The notes under the pieces were generated by a model. That model worked only from the letters and a program-made list of their open reading frames with translations. It had not been told where the DNA came from and searched no databases. From positions 160,001 through 224,000 of the forward strand of contig JAWVXD010000002.1 in NCBI GenBank assembly GCA_033723415.1: a stretch of DNA of 64,000 nt, read 5' to 3'. The position numbers and the translations under genes were made by a program. Positions 30,263 through 41,173 of this stretch are shown here, piece by piece. This stretch comes from Sulfurospirillaceae bacterium (GTDB lineage Bacteria; Campylobacterota; Campylobacteria; Campylobacterales; Sulfurospirillaceae). Each line of letters starts with the position of its first letter. Position 1 is the stretch's first letter.

Positions 30263-30925
30263 ATGGATTTTACCAAGATAGCAGAAAAAATAAGAACTTA
30301 CCTACAACAAAAATTTAACACTAAGATATATGATTCAGATATAGCTCAAGCTCTAAATATATCTAAAGAGCACTACAGCAGATCCAAGAAAAGCAACAAC
30401 GTACCTCTAAAATCGATCATAGAATTTTGCGCAAAAGAAAATATAGTGATCAATTATATATTATTTGACCAATCACCGGAATCTTTAATACAAACAACAA
30501 ACAAGCTTATAACTATAAAATACTTCAAACATATAAATACTTCTGCAGGCGGTGGAGCTCTTAACGATAACGAGGATTTTGAATATTTGACCATAGATGA
30601 TGAATTAGTAGCTATGTTAGGCGGGGAAAACAGACTCAAATATATAGAAGCCGTCAACTCTATCGGAGATTCTATGGAACCAATCATCAAGGATAAAGCC
30701 GTACTTTTCATAGACAGGCAAAATACAAATTTACTCAAAGACAAAAAAGAGATATATGTTCTTAACACCCCAGCCGGAATCCTTGTAAAAAGACTCGATA
30801 TAACTGTTTCCGGAAAACTCAAGCTCATATCTGAAAATCCATCTTATGAAACAGAAATCATAGATATAGATGAAGTATCTATCATAGGAAAAGTTATCGG
30901 AGCGATACAAAATTTTGAAAACTAA
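30263..30925 (+). CDS. HTH + S24 peptidase (LexA/CI-like) repressor; ATG 30263 preferred
   Basis: GGAGG RBS; DIAQALNIS HTH; SAG cleavage site; GDSMEP and LVKRL catalytic Ser/Lys. Confidence 0.88.
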   Translation: MDFTKIAEKIRTYLQQKFNTKIYDSDIAQALNISKEHYSRSKKSNNVPLKSIIEFCAKENIVINYILFDQSPESLIQTTNKLITIKYFKHINTSAGGGALNDNEDFEYLTIDDELVAMLGGENRLKYIEAVNSIGDSMEPIIKDKAVLFIDRQNTNLLKDKKEIYVLNTPAGILVKRLDITVSGKLKLISENPSYETEIIDIDEVSIIGKVIGAIQNFEN

Positions 30926-30944
30926 GAAAAATACTTCACTTGTC

Positions 30945-30973
30945 TTGACATTGCTACTAATTAGTAATATAAT
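30945..30973 (+). promoter_or_regulatory. consensus sigma70 promoter with operator palindrome in spacer
   Basis: TTGACA-17 nt-TATAAT; TACTAATTAGTA at 30955-30966. Confidence 0.85.
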
Positions 30974-30991
30974 GCTTTTAGGAGTTTTTTT

Positions 30992-31444
30992 ATGAAATTA
31001 AAAAGTACGAAAAGTTATGGAGTTGTTGCAGACAAGTTGATGAGAACTTGGATGCAGATCTTTAGAAGTTACAACAAAATAAGAGCTAAAGAGACAAATT
31101 ATATACAGTCTTTCGGCTTGACCATGAATCAATTTCAGGTTTTAGAAGTACTTTATCACAGGGGCGACCTCAACATTGGCTCCATCACAAAACTCACTAT
31201 GAGTACTCCGGGAAATATTACGGTTGTCGTTAGAAATCTGAAAAGAGATGGTTATATTTCTTCTTATACCGACAGCAAGGATCAGCGAGCATCGATATTG
31301 TCTATCACTCAAAAGGGGAAAGATGTTATCGAAAAGTTGTTTCCGGGTCATGCTAAAAACTTTGAAGAGTACTTTAAAGTTTTGAATGACGATGAATTGG
31401 AAACCTTATTTAGGATATTGAGAAAGCTGCAAAAAGCACAGTAG
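30992..31444 (+). CDS. MarR family regulator
   Basis: GLTMNQFQVLEVLYHRG...GNITVVVRNL...DQR...ITQKG. Confidence 0.93.
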   Translation: MKLKSTKSYGVVADKLMRTWMQIFRSYNKIRAKETNYIQSFGLTMNQFQVLEVLYHRGDLNIGSITKLTMSTPGNITVVVRNLKRDGYISSYTDSKDQRASILSITQKGKDVIEKLFPGHAKNFEEYFKVLNDDELETLFRILRKLQKAQ

Positions 31445-31459
31445 CTTTTTTTAACTATA

Positions 31460-31477
31460 AATTACTAATTAGTAATT
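31460..31477. promoter_or_regulatory. second copy of MarR operator palindrome
   Basis: Perfect AATTACTAATTAGTAATT; same core as at 30955. Confidence 0.8.
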
Positions 31478-31494
31478 AAAAGAAAGGATTTATT

Positions 31495-31710
31495 ATGGCA
31501 CAACCGGTCAAAGTTAGTTTAGAAGCAGGCAAGAATTATTACTTCTGTACATGTGGTAAAAGTACTGATGGTGTTTTATGTAGTGGAGCACACAAAGGCT
31601 CAGAATTTACCCCGACTATATTTAGTGTAGAAGAGAGCAAGGACTACCATCTATGCGCATGCAAAAAAAGTGCTAATGTACCTTTTTGCGATGGTTCACA
31701 CAAATCATAG
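31495..31710 (+). CDS. CDGSH iron-sulfur (NEET, MiNT-like two-motif) protein
   Basis: CTCGKS...LCSGAH and CACKKS...FCDGSH. Confidence 0.92.
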   Translation: MAQPVKVSLEAGKNYYFCTCGKSTDGVLCSGAHKGSEFTPTIFSVEESKDYHLCACKKSANVPFCDGSHKS

Positions 31711-31733
31711 TAACTTGTGAGATTTGCAAATAA

Positions 31734-32510
31734 ATGTTCCCTTCGCTATTTATATCACACGGTTCTCCGGAACTTGCTATTAAGCAACATAAAGTGGCAG
31801 ATTTTTTAAGAAATCTGCCTACTATGATAGGGAGCAGACCAAAGTATATAATAATCGTATCTGCACACTGGGTGACAAATGGATTAAAGATATTATCCAA
31901 CGACAAGCCTGGTATTATTTATGATTTTTATGGTTTCCCTGAGAGCTTATACAAACTAAAATATCCTGCCAAAAATGATCTACAGATGGTAGAAAAAATA
32001 AAAAAAACTTTAGTTTCAAAACATATCAGCATATCAGAGGAAAATAAAAGGGAAGGCTATGACCATGGTGTTTGGTCTCCTTTAAGTTTGATGTATCATG
32101 ATGCAGATATACCTATTATCCAGCTCTCATTGCCAGCAGACTATAACATAGATCAACTGATGCAGCTAGGCATCGCTTTGCAAGAGTTCAGAGATGATTC
32201 TCTTATCATAACAAGCGGCAATCTGACACATGATCTAAGAGGCTCTATCTGGGATGAAGATGCACCTATAGCAAGTTATGCAAAATATTTTCGAGAAAAT
32301 GTAGTTGAACTACTAGAAAAAGGGGATATTTCATCATTGATAGAATTCATCTCCACAGATCAAAGCACAAAAGCAAATCATCCCACACTTGAGCATCTAT
32401 TGCCAATCTTTATCTCTATCGGAGCATCGATAGAAAAGATTGGGAAAGCTTATAACAATATCTATATGTATGCTAACCAAGCAATGGATACTATCATCTT
32501 CAACACTTGA
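31734..32510 (+). CDS. DODA/YgiD-type class III extradiol dioxygenase
   Basis: FISHGSP, VSAHW, YDFYGFP, YDHG, SGNLTH, HPTLEH. Confidence 0.92.
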   Translation: MFPSLFISHGSPELAIKQHKVADFLRNLPTMIGSRPKYIIIVSAHWVTNGLKILSNDKPGIIYDFYGFPESLYKLKYPAKNDLQMVEKIKKTLVSKHISISEENKREGYDHGVWSPLSLMYHDADIPIIQLSLPADYNIDQLMQLGIALQEFRDDSLIITSGNLTHDLRGSIWDEDAPIASYAKYFRENVVELLEKGDISSLIEFISTDQSTKANHPTLEHLLPIFISIGASIEKIGKAYNNIYMYANQAMDTIIFNT

Positions 32511-32525
32511 TCTCTTCATTTGATT

Positions 32526-33746
32526 TTATTGATACCTTAGTGCCTCTATCGGCTCTAAATTTGAAGCTTTATGTGCCGGATAAAAGCCAAAAAACACTCC
32601 CACGCTTGAGGCAACTAAAAATGATACAATAATAGAGTTTTGGGTTATCATGATGCTTAAGCCAAAAAACTTCATGACCACAAAAGACCCTCCGATGCCG
32701 ACACCGACACCTATCAAACACCCTATGACCGAGATCATCAATGCTTCGAGCAGGAATTGAAGTAGGATATCTCTTTGTTTCGCTCCTATGGCGATTCGTA
32801 TCCCTATCTCTCTTGTTCGCTCCGTCACTGAAACAAGCATAATATTCATAATCCCAATCCCTCCTACCAACAAAGATATAGAAGCGATAGCCGCTAACAT
32901 TAATGACATAGATTTTGTTGCTTCTTGTGCTGTTTTTGCCAAGGCTGTTAGATTTCGTATCGTAAAATCATCGTCTGCATTGCTTCTGAGTCGATGCCTT
33001 TGACGAAGAATGATTGACATCTCTTTTTCAACGGAAGGCATAATTTGCTCTGAAGTTGCTTGTGCCATGATATATCTCACTCTGTCTTTAAATCTGCTGC
33101 CAAATAATTTTGTTTGTGCGGTCGTGATAGGAATGATAGCCGTATCGTCTTGATCTCTGCCGTCCAGACTCTGACCTTTTTTTGATAAAACCCCTAAAAC
33201 GATATAAGGACTTTGTTTAATACGTATCATCTTGCCTATAGGATCTTCGCTTCCAAACAAATTATCTACAACGGTTTGTCCGAGTATAACAACTTTTGTT
33301 GCCCCTCTAATATCTGAATTTGTAAAAGAGTAGCCTTGAGATATACTCCAATCCCTGACTTGTAAAAATGAAGGTGTCGTACCGATGATCATCGTATTCC
33401 AGTTTTGTGAGTGATAAACCATCTGTGCCGTCCTTGAGGTTACCGGGGCGACAGCCGATATACCTTCGATCTCTTCCATAGCAGTTGCATCGCCTACTAC
33501 CAAAGTATGAACACCGCCGCTTCCCATACGAACACCGCCTGAAGTAGTAGAACCTGCCAGTATTATAAAAAGGTTACTTCCCATCGAGGCAATCGAGGCT
33601 CTGACCGATGCCTGCGTCCCTTCTCCTATAGCAGACATCAATATTACAGCCCCCACACCAATGATCATACCAAGCATCGTGAGAAACGTTCGGAGTCTAT
33701 TGGCTCCCATAGCCCTCCAAGCTTCAAAAAGCATCGATAACATCAT
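32526..33746 (-). CDS. MacB-type ABC permease
   Basis: VGGIGIMNIMLVSVTERTREIGIR, PIEALRY. Confidence 0.94.
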   Translation of the reverse strand: MMLSMLFEAWRAMGANRLRTFLTMLGMIIGVGAVILMSAIGEGTQASVRASIASMGSNLFIILAGSTTSGGVRMGSGGVHTLVVGDATAMEEIEGISAVAPVTSRTAQMVYHSQNWNTMIIGTTPSFLQVRDWSISQGYSFTNSDIRGATKVVILGQTVVDNLFGSEDPIGKMIRIKQSPYIVLGVLSKKGQSLDGRDQDDTAIIPITTAQTKLFGSRFKDRVRYIMAQATSEQIMPSVEKEMSIILRQRHRLRSNADDDFTIRNLTALAKTAQEATKSMSLMLAAIASISLLVGGIGIMNIMLVSVTERTREIGIRIAIGAKQRDILLQFLLEALMISVIGCLIGVGVGIGGSFVVMKFFGLSIMITQNSIIVSFLVASSVGVFFGFYPAHKASNLEPIEALRYQ

Positions 33747-34456
33747 GACAATATCTCCATTATATCTCTAACTAAGCCGTCATGTTGAATCTTTCCATCT
33801 TTAAAATGTATCAACCTTTTTGCATATCTTGCGATATCTTCCTCGTGCGTTACTATAATTATAGTGATCCCGTCTCGATCGTTTAATTCTTGAAACAATT
33901 GCATGATCTCTTGAGATGTCGTAGTATCAAGGTTTCCTGTAGGTTCATCTGCCAATATAAGTTTGGGATTATGGACCAGTGCTCTGGCAATTGCGACTCT
34001 TTGTTGTTGTCCTCCGGATATATGACTCGGTAGATAATTTTCAAAAGTTTCTAATCCGACACTTTTTAAAACCTCTTTTGCGCGTTTTTTTCTATCTCTC
34101 AAATCATATCCGGCATACACTAAAGGAAGCGATACATTGTCTATAAGATTCTTTCTAGGCAATAAATTGAACCCTTGGAAAACAAATCCGATAACACTGT
34201 TTCGAAGTTCTGCCAGCTCATTTTTATTGAGTTTTGTGGTATCAAGACCATTCAAAAGATACCCTCCGCTTGTAGGCTTATCTAAGCATCCCAATATATT
34301 CATGAATGTTGATTTCCCTCCACCGGAAGATCCCATTATAGCAACAAACTCACCATTATCTATGGTAACGTTTATATCTCGTAAGACCGGTACTTCGCCA
34401 GCTTCTGTATAATAATTTTTTACTAAATTTGAAACTTCAATAATATGCTGCATCAA
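33743..34456 (-). CDS. MacB-type ABC ATP-binding protein
   Basis: GSSGGGKST, SGGQQQRVAIARAL, LADEPTGNLD. Confidence 0.94.
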   Translation of the reverse strand: MMQHIIEVSNLVKNYYTEAGEVPVLRDINVTIDNGEFVAIMGSSGGGKSTFMNILGCLDKPTSGGYLLNGLDTTKLNKNELAELRNSVIGFVFQGFNLLPRKNLIDNVSLPLVYAGYDLRDRKKRAKEVLKSVGLETFENYLPSHISGGQQQRVAIARALVHNPKLILADEPTGNLDTTTSQEIMQLFQELNDRDGITIIIVTHEEDIARYAKRLIHFKDGKIQHDGLVRDIMEILS

Positions 34457-35622
34457 AATAACTTACCTAATGTTTTTGTTTTTTTTTCGCTGATCTCGTT
34501 TTCACCTGCAATAATTTTATCCCCTACTTTTAGCTTATCTGTTGTAATTTGAGAAAATCTATTGTCCGTTATACCAACTTTTATATTTATTGCTTTTGGA
34601 GTGCCGTTTTCTAAAATATATACGGTCTTAAAGCTGCTGCTGTCTTGTGTTTTCTTTCTTTTTTTACTTGTTTGCGTCGATGTTTTTGTAGCTTCAACAC
34701 TTAGCCCTCTAGGCCTATACCGTAAAATAGAATTTGGTATCAATAATACGTCTTTTTTCGTTGCGATGATGATGCTGACATACGCTGTGATACCGGGTAT
34801 CAGTATTTCATCTGGATTATTCACTTCAACGACAACATCATAAGTTACGACATTTTCAGTAGTGATAGCATTCAACCGTACCTGCTTTACTTTCCCCTCA
34901 AAAGACATATTTGGAAATGCATCCACGGAAAACTTTACACGTTGCCCGACTTTGATCTGTCCTATATCTGCCTCGGCAAAACTGGTATCTATCTGCATTT
35001 TTCTTAGATCTTGAGCTATCTTAAAAAGAATCGGAGCCTGCAGACTTGCAGCGACTGTTTGTCCCACATCTATGGCTCTATCTATCACTACTCCGGCAAC
35101 TGGTGATCTGATGACCGTATATTCTTGGTTTATTTTGTCTTTTTTATGTTGAGCTATGGCTAAATCCAAACTTGCTTTTGCTGACTCTAAAGATTGCGTT
35201 GACGTATCTAACTCTTGCTTTGAGATGAACTCTTTTGCAAACAATTCCTGCGCTCTTTTATTATTGGCTTTTGCCAAATTCAAAACAGCTTTTGCATTTG
35301 CAACATTGGCACTGCTTTGTGCGACTTGTGCATCAAACAAAGAACTGTCAAGTTCTGCTAGTATTTGTCCTTGTTTCACTTTATCGTTAAAATCTACGTA
35401 CAGTTTGGAGACTCTACCGGAAACTTGACTTCCGACACTTACCAAAACGATAGGATTTAAAGTACCGTTTGCAGTCACACTTTGCGTAACATCTCCTTTT
35501 GTTAAAGTATAAAATTTATATTTTTCTCCGATTGGTATCTGATTAGCATTTTGCCACCAAAAATACCCACCGCCACACAAAAGGATGAGAATAATCGACA
35601 AAAATAGTTTTTTAAAATTCAT
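34453..35622 (-). CDS. MacA-like periplasmic adaptor
   Basis: VGSQVSG, IRSPVAGVV, GQTVAASLQAP. Confidence 0.92.
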   Translation of the reverse strand: MNFKKLFLSIILILLCGGGYFWWQNANQIPIGEKYKFYTLTKGDVTQSVTANGTLNPIVLVSVGSQVSGRVSKLYVDFNDKVKQGQILAELDSSLFDAQVAQSSANVANAKAVLNLAKANNKRAQELFAKEFISKQELDTSTQSLESAKASLDLAIAQHKKDKINQEYTVIRSPVAGVVIDRAIDVGQTVAASLQAPILFKIAQDLRKMQIDTSFAEADIGQIKVGQRVKFSVDAFPNMSFEGKVKQVRLNAITTENVVTYDVVVEVNNPDEILIPGITAYVSIIIATKKDVLLIPNSILRYRPRGLSVEATKTSTQTSKKRKKTQDSSSFKTVYILENGTPKAINIKVGITDNRFSQITTDKLKVGDKIIAGENEISEKKTKTLGKLF

Positions 35623-35624
35623 TA

Positions 35625-36926
35625 TTATAATCCTTTAATATTATCAAAGTTTAGAGAACCTATTGCTCTTGCAAAATCTGCTTTTATTATATACCAGCCA
35701 TATAGTGCTTGTATGTACTGCTGCCTTGCACTTGAGAGCAAACTTTGGGCATTTAACAGATCGAGTATCGTGCCGACTCCTGCTTTATATCTTCCAAATG
35801 AGAGTTCATATGAGGCTTTTGCACTTTCCAATAAATCTTGACTTGCCAAAACAGCCTGTATCTGAGTCAACAAAGATTGATAGGTCTTATAAACTTCCAA
35901 ACTTGCATCAAGAGAGAGTTTTTTATACTCTGCTTCTCCGATCAATACTTGTTGTCTTGCGGCTTGTTTCTCATATTTTGTTGCATAACCGTCAAAAATA
36001 GGTATTTTTACATACAAACCTATATTTGAGTTTTTATAAGAAGAGGATAATGATGAGTCGGTATATCCAATTCCCGAAGTTATGGAAAATGTCGGCTTAT
36101 CTCCTGTCGCTGCTATTTTTTCGCTAGCCTTTAAAGCCTCTATTTTAGCTCCGGCGGCTAAAATATCCGGACGGATTTTTTTTATCTCTGCCATAAGTTT
36201 GCGTATGTTTTGTCCAACAATATTCATATCAGGATGGAGAGATGGAGGGATTAGATTTAAATTTGTATCAGGGCTTAGTCCCAGTGATGAAGACAGATCC
36301 CCTTTTGCATTTTCTATGTTACCTTTGGCTTTAACGCTGTCTAAAACAGCTTGAGAATGTACTGTTCTAGCCTGTAATACATCAGCTTTTGTAGTTGTTC
36401 CTATTTGATAACGTGTCTTTGCAGCATTTAGATTCTCTAATGCAAATCTTTCTGCTTCTTTTGTGGCATCATACGATGCTTGCGCGCCAAAAAATAAATA
36501 ATATGCTTGAAGAGTAGAGAAAAAAACACTTTGAATCGTACTATTTTGTGAAAAAAATGCTGCGTCTAAAAGGTACTGAGCATTTTGAACGGTTGCATCT
36601 CTTTTCCCAAAATCATACAATAGATATGAAAATGTTATATTTATATTGCTTGAGCTTCCAGTAGGATTACCGCTTTGCTGTGCAATAGCAGTTGAAGCAC
36701 TTGCACTGACTGTCGGGAAAGACGAGGATTTACTTACTCCAAGCAAGGATTTTTGATATAGTAGCGAAGCCCATGCTATTCTGGTTTTAGGATTATTGCA
36801 AAGTGCTATTTTTACAACTTGCTCTAAACTAAGAGGCTGCCTTAGATCAGGTAGTTTGCAAGGATCTGTGATACTTCCAAATGCAAAACTTACGATGAAA
36901 AAGGCTGTTAAAATACAAACCCTCAT
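35625..36926 (-). CDS. TolC family outer membrane protein
   Basis: Signal peptide; RYKAGVGTILDLLNAQ. Confidence 0.92.
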   Translation of the reverse strand: MRVCILTAFFIVSFAFGSITDPCKLPDLRQPLSLEQVVKIALCNNPKTRIAWASLLYQKSLLGVSKSSSFPTVSASASTAIAQQSGNPTGSSSNINITFSYLLYDFGKRDATVQNAQYLLDAAFFSQNSTIQSVFFSTLQAYYLFFGAQASYDATKEAERFALENLNAAKTRYQIGTTTKADVLQARTVHSQAVLDSVKAKGNIENAKGDLSSSLGLSPDTNLNLIPPSLHPDMNIVGQNIRKLMAEIKKIRPDILAAGAKIEALKASEKIAATGDKPTFSITSGIGYTDSSLSSSYKNSNIGLYVKIPIFDGYATKYEKQAARQQVLIGEAEYKKLSLDASLEVYKTYQSLLTQIQAVLASQDLLESAKASYELSFGRYKAGVGTILDLLNAQSLLSSARQQYIQALYGWYIIKADFARAIGSLNFDNIKGL

Positions 36927-37076
36927 GACGACCTTCTAATGAGAAATAAACTAATTATACAACCATTTCTATTTACAAATCAGTAACAAACCTTAAATAA
37001 TAAAATAAGTATATTGTTTTCAAATATATTTATTTTATTAAAGGTAAAATTTGTTTTTTAAAAGGTGGTTGTGTAG

Positions 37077-38978
37077 ATGAAATTGGGATTTAGAAATAAA
37101 ATTTATGTATCTGTCGGCGCTATATTGGTCTTAAGCTTATTGGCAAGTAACATATTAAGCTATCAAGCTTCAAAAAACTTAATGAAAGAGAAGATAGGAA
37201 CGATTTTAAAAGATCTTGTTACTTCAAACTCTTTAGCGATAAGCGATGCGATCTCTTTCAAACATAAAGTGCTTATCAATGTATCTAAGGGTCTAACCAA
37301 TCCTGACAACAGATCTGACAGCTATCTTCTAAAAAGATTTCGAAGCTTTCAGAAGATAATGCAGGCTAGTGATGTTTATATGGGATTTGAAGAAGACGGT
37401 AGATTTGTCAGTTCTTCATTGGAAAAATTGAAAAATGATGGAGATCCTAGAAAACAAGATTGGTATAAAAAAGCAAAAGCTCTTGGTCATGACGCTATAT
37501 CTGACATTTATATAAATGACACTACAAGAAAAAAATCATATGCATATTTAGTGAGAATGGGAAGCGACAGCTCAAAATTTGTAGGCGTTTTAGCAGCGGT
37601 AAATAATTTTTCAGATATCGAAAACACCGTCAAGAAGATCAAAGTCAAAGGCGGCTACCCTTATATGCTTGATGAAAACGGGAAAATTATAGCTTATCCG
37701 CAACAATTTGATTCAAAAGAGAAATTACAATCTCTTCAAAAATCTTTATCAAACGTCAAAGAAACTATTTTAAAAGAGAAAAATGGCATCTTAGAGTACA
37801 AGTTTAACGGCAGCAATAAGATCATAGCTTTTGATACTATTAACCAAACAGGTTGGAAACTCGTGATCTCAACCACTGCAAAAGAAGCTTATAAAGAAAT
37901 AGACAGCCAATTTATCAAAAATATTCTAATAACTTTAGGCTTCACTATATTTGGTTCGATCCTGATGATATTGATCCTTAAAAAACTTTTTATCCCTATC
38001 ACAAAGCTTAAAGATATGGTTACAGAACTTGCGACAAAAGATGCAGATCTGACTTCAAGAATAGTTACGTCCGGTGAAGACGTAATCGCTCAAACAGGAC
38101 AGGGCATCAATCTCTTTGTAGAAAAAATGCAAAATCTACTCAGAGAAACAAAAGAAAGCAGTCAAGAGAATTTAATTATTTCAGACAAACTAAGCAGTAC
38201 ATCTTTAGAAGTCGGAAAAAGAGTAAAAGATGAAAGTCAATCTATAAGTAAGATAAGCGAGAGCGGAAATGCTATACACTCGAATCTCACAAACTCTTTA
38301 GGAGATGCAAAACAAGCAAGCGAATATTTAGAAACATCTAATAAAGTGCTTCTAGAGATAAAGGAAGGCATCCAGAATTTATATGAAAAACTAAATGCAA
38401 CTTCGGCAAAAGATGTAGAACTAGCTCAAAAATTACAACAAACAAGTCAAAATACAAAAGAGATAAAAGAGGTTTTAAGTGTCATCAACGATATAGCAGA
38501 TCAAACAAATCTTTTAGCTTTAAATGCTGCGATTGAAGCAGCACGTGCAGGTGAACATGGGAGAGGATTTGCTGTTGTTGCAGACGAAGTGCGAAAATTA
38601 GCTGAAAAGACTCAAAAATCATTGGTTGAAATCAACTCTACTATCAATGTAGTCGTCCAATCCGTCCAGGAAGCAAGCCAAGAGATGAATGATTCATCAC
38701 AAGAGATCATGGAAATATCCAAAAACGGAGAAGATCTAAATAAGAATGTAGAAAAAACCGTCAGCAGTATGCATGAAACTACAAAGATCACTCAAAATAC
38801 GATCAAAGAATATATAAATACAGCAAGTCAAATCGAAGAAATAGTAAAAGACCTGACACATATAGACAGTTTATCAAACATCAATTCACAAAGTGTAGAA
38901 GAGTTAGCCGACTCCAGTGAGCATCTAAATTCTTTGACAAAAAAATTAAACAATGAACTCAAAAAGTATAATACCTGA
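37077..38978 (+). CDS. methyl-accepting chemotaxis protein with dCache domain
   Basis: 2 [48 protein letters not shown]. Confidence 0.96.
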   Translation: MKLGFRNKIYVSVGAILVLSLLASNILSYQASKNLMKEKIGTILKDLVTSNSLAISDAISFKHKVLINVSKGLTNPDNRSDSYLLKRFRSFQKIMQASDVYMGFEEDGRFVSSSLEKLKNDGDPRKQDWYKKAKALGHDAISDIYINDTTRKKSYAYLVRMGSDSSKFVGVLAAVNNFSDIENTVKKIKVKGGYPYMLDENGKIIAYPQQFDSKEKLQSLQKSLSNVKETILKEKNGILEYKFNGSNKIIAFDTINQTGWKLVISTTAKEAYKEIDSQFIKNILITLGFTIFGSILMILILKKLFIPITKLKDMVTELATKDADLTSRIVTSGEDVIAQTGQGINLFVEKMQNLLRETKESSQENLIISDKLSSTSLEVGKRVKDESQSISKISESGNAIHSNLTNSLGDAKQASEYLETSNKVLLEIKEGIQNLYEKLNATSAKDVELAQKLQQTSQNTKEIKEVLSVINDIADQTNLLALNAAIEAARAGEHGRGFAVVADEVRKLAEKTQKSLVEINSTINVVVQSVQEASQEMNDSSQEIMEISKNGEDLNKNVEKTVSSMHETTKITQNTIKEYINTASQIEEIVKDLTHIDSLSNINSQSVEELADSSEHLNSLTKKLNNELKKYNT

Positions 38979-38991
38979 TATTTAATACTCC

Positions 38992-39034
38992 GCAAGATTT
39001 ATGTCCAATATAATATACAGAACATAAATCTTGC
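38992..39034 (+). terminator. hairpin downstream of MCP gene
   Basis: GCAAGATTTATGT ... ACATAAATCTTGC 13-bp arms; no U-tract on + strand. Confidence 0.5.
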
Positions 39035-39113
39035 ACAAACTTCCAAATAATTAATCAACCCTTTATCTCATTTAATATAAGATTGCTTTCCGACTAAAAA
39101 ATTTGGAGTTTAT

Positions 39114-40328
39114 TTGAAGAAAACAGCACTAATAAGATTTTTTACCTCTAAAGTTGCACTTTTATATATGATATCTATAGCATCTATCATCGCATTTTCA
39201 GCGTGGATGTCGCTTTTAAACAATTTTGTTGTAGAAGCTGCTTCGTTTAACGGTAAACAAATAGGAATACTTCAAAGTCTCAGAGAGATTCCGGGTCTTA
39301 TGGCTTTTAGCGTCATGCTCGTTTTGATATTTATAAATCAACAAAGACTAGTATACATATCTATGATTTTATTAGGACTTGGTACGGCATTGACCGGTTT
39401 TTTCCCAACTCCTGCGGGACTTTATATTACTACTGTCATCATGTCTTTTGGATTTCACTATCTTGAAACTTTAAATCAATCTCTAAGTCTGCAATGGTTG
39501 GATAAAAAAACTGCACCGATCACGCTAGGAAAGATCAGTGCCGTTAGATCCTTTATTGGTTTATTTGTTTTTATACTCATCTATTCACTTATGAAATATC
39601 TCAAGGTAGACTACAAATATGTATATCTTATCTTCGGAACGACCACTGTTCTCATCGGTATTTTATCTTGGATATTGTTTACGCACTTCAAAGAAACCGT
39701 TATCCAAGAAAAAAAGATAAGACTAAAAAAAGAGTATTGGTTATTTTATATTCTAACATTTTTTGCAGGGGCAAGAAGACAAATATTTGTAGTTTTTGCC
39801 GGATTTTTGCTTGTTAAAAAATTTGATGTAGATATCGACAATATGATAATCTTACTGTTTATAAACTCTATTTTAACCATGTATCTAGCGCCAAAAATAG
39901 GTAAAATGATAGTACATTTTGGAGAAAGACTTGCGCTAAGATTAGAATATATCGGACTTATAATAGTATTTGTCTCTTATGCTTATGTGCATAATCTTTA
40001 TGTTATTTTTGCATTATATGCCCTAGACAGCCTGTTGTTTTCTATGGCTATTGCACTAAAGACTTATTTTCAAAAGATAGCAGATCCAAAAGATATGTCA
40101 AGTGCTTCAGCCGTTAGTTTTACGATAAACCATATCGCTGCTGTTTTTCTGCCTGCACTTTTAGGTTTGCTGTGGTTGAACTCATATTCTCTAGTTTTTA
40201 TGATAGGTGCCGGTATAGGCGTTTTATCGTTGATGCTGTCTTTTCTTATACCAAAAGACCCGCAAAGAGATTTTGAAACAATTTTTAAAATAAATACTCA
40301 GGCAGTACCCAATACTATCGAAGGTTGA
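39114..40328 (+). CDS. MFS transporter
   Basis: About 12 hydrophobic segments; LQSLREIPG; TTG start with GGAG RBS. Confidence 0.85.
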   Translation: MKKTALIRFFTSKVALLYMISIASIIAFSAWMSLLNNFVVEAASFNGKQIGILQSLREIPGLMAFSVMLVLIFINQQRLVYISMILLGLGTALTGFFPTPAGLYITTVIMSFGFHYLETLNQSLSLQWLDKKTAPITLGKISAVRSFIGLFVFILIYSLMKYLKVDYKYVYLIFGTTTVLIGILSWILFTHFKETVIQEKKIRLKKEYWLFYILTFFAGARRQIFVVFAGFLLVKKFDVDIDNMIILLFINSILTMYLAPKIGKMIVHFGERLALRLEYIGLIIVFVSYAYVHNLYVIFALYALDSLLFSMAIALKTYFQKIADPKDMSSASAVSFTINHIAAVFLPALLGLLWLNSYSLVFMIGAGIGVLSLMLSFLIPKDPQRDFETIFKINTQAVPNTIEG

Positions 40329-40357
40329 TCTTATGTATGATCAACCTTCGATCGAGA

Positions 40358-41173
40358 TTATTTATAACTCTCTATTTTACCTATTTGCCTAAATGTCTCA
40401 ACACTCATCATGCCGATTTCATCCATAAGAGATACTTTAAAACTTCCCATCTTATTGATATCATCAAGCTTACTCACGGCTATTTCTCCCGCTATGCTCA
40501 TACTCCATATACCGCTGATCGCACTGACTAAAGCGGAATTTTTTGCTCCCAGAAAACTTCCTATCAAAGAACTTGTCATACAACCTGTACCCGTTACTTT
40601 TGCAAGATTGCTATGTCCATTACTCAAAAGGTAGGTATTTTTTCCATCTGAAACACTATCGACTTTACCTGTAATCGCTACTACACAACCTAGAGTCTTT
40701 GCCAGTTTTTGCGCTACTTTTGGACTTTCATCTTCATCTTCAAGAGAGTCGACTCCGGCACTTTTGGCTTCAAGTCCGGCAACGGTTTTGATCTCGGCCA
40801 TATTTCCACGGATGACGCTAAATTTTACATTTTGCATCAGTTTTTCAACAGATTGAAACCGAAACGGCGTAGCTCCGATACCGACAGGATCTAAGATCAC
40901 GGGTATATTTTTTGCATTTGCTGCTTTACCTGCTATCACCATAGATTCTAGAGTTCTTTCATTGCCCGTTCCTATATTTAAGACGAGTGCTCCACAAAAG
41001 CTTACCATCTGCGCAACTTCTTTTGCTTCATCAGCCATCACTGGACTCGCGCCGATCGCCAAAACTACATTTGCACAATCATTCACAGTCACATAGTTTG
41101 TGATGTGATGCACCAACGGCTTTTCTTTTTTTACATTCTCCAGTGAGAGATTTAACTCTTTTCTAATATCCAT
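40358..41173 (-). CDS. thiM: hydroxyethylthiazole kinase
   Basis: PLVHHITNYVTVNDCAN, LNIGT, LDPVG, RGNMAEI, VTGTGC. Confidence 0.96.
   Translation of the reverse strand: MDIRKELNLSLENVKKEKPLVHHITNYVTVNDCANVVLAIGASPVMADEAKEVAQMVSFCGALVLNIGTGNERTLESMVIAGKAANAKNIPVILDPVGIGATPFRFQSVEKLMQNVKFSVIRGNMAEIKTVAGLEAKSAGVDSLEDEDESPKVAQKLAKTLGCVVAITGKVDSVSDGKNTYLLSNGHSNLAKVTGTGCMTSSLIGSFLGAKNSALVSAISGIWSMSIAGEIAVSKLDDINKMGSFKVSLMDEIGMMSVETFRQIGKIESYK

Noticed and set aside
30263..30925. Prophage (CI-like repressor)
   Set aside because: No integrase, Cro, replication or structural genes nearby; flanks are dinB and marR.
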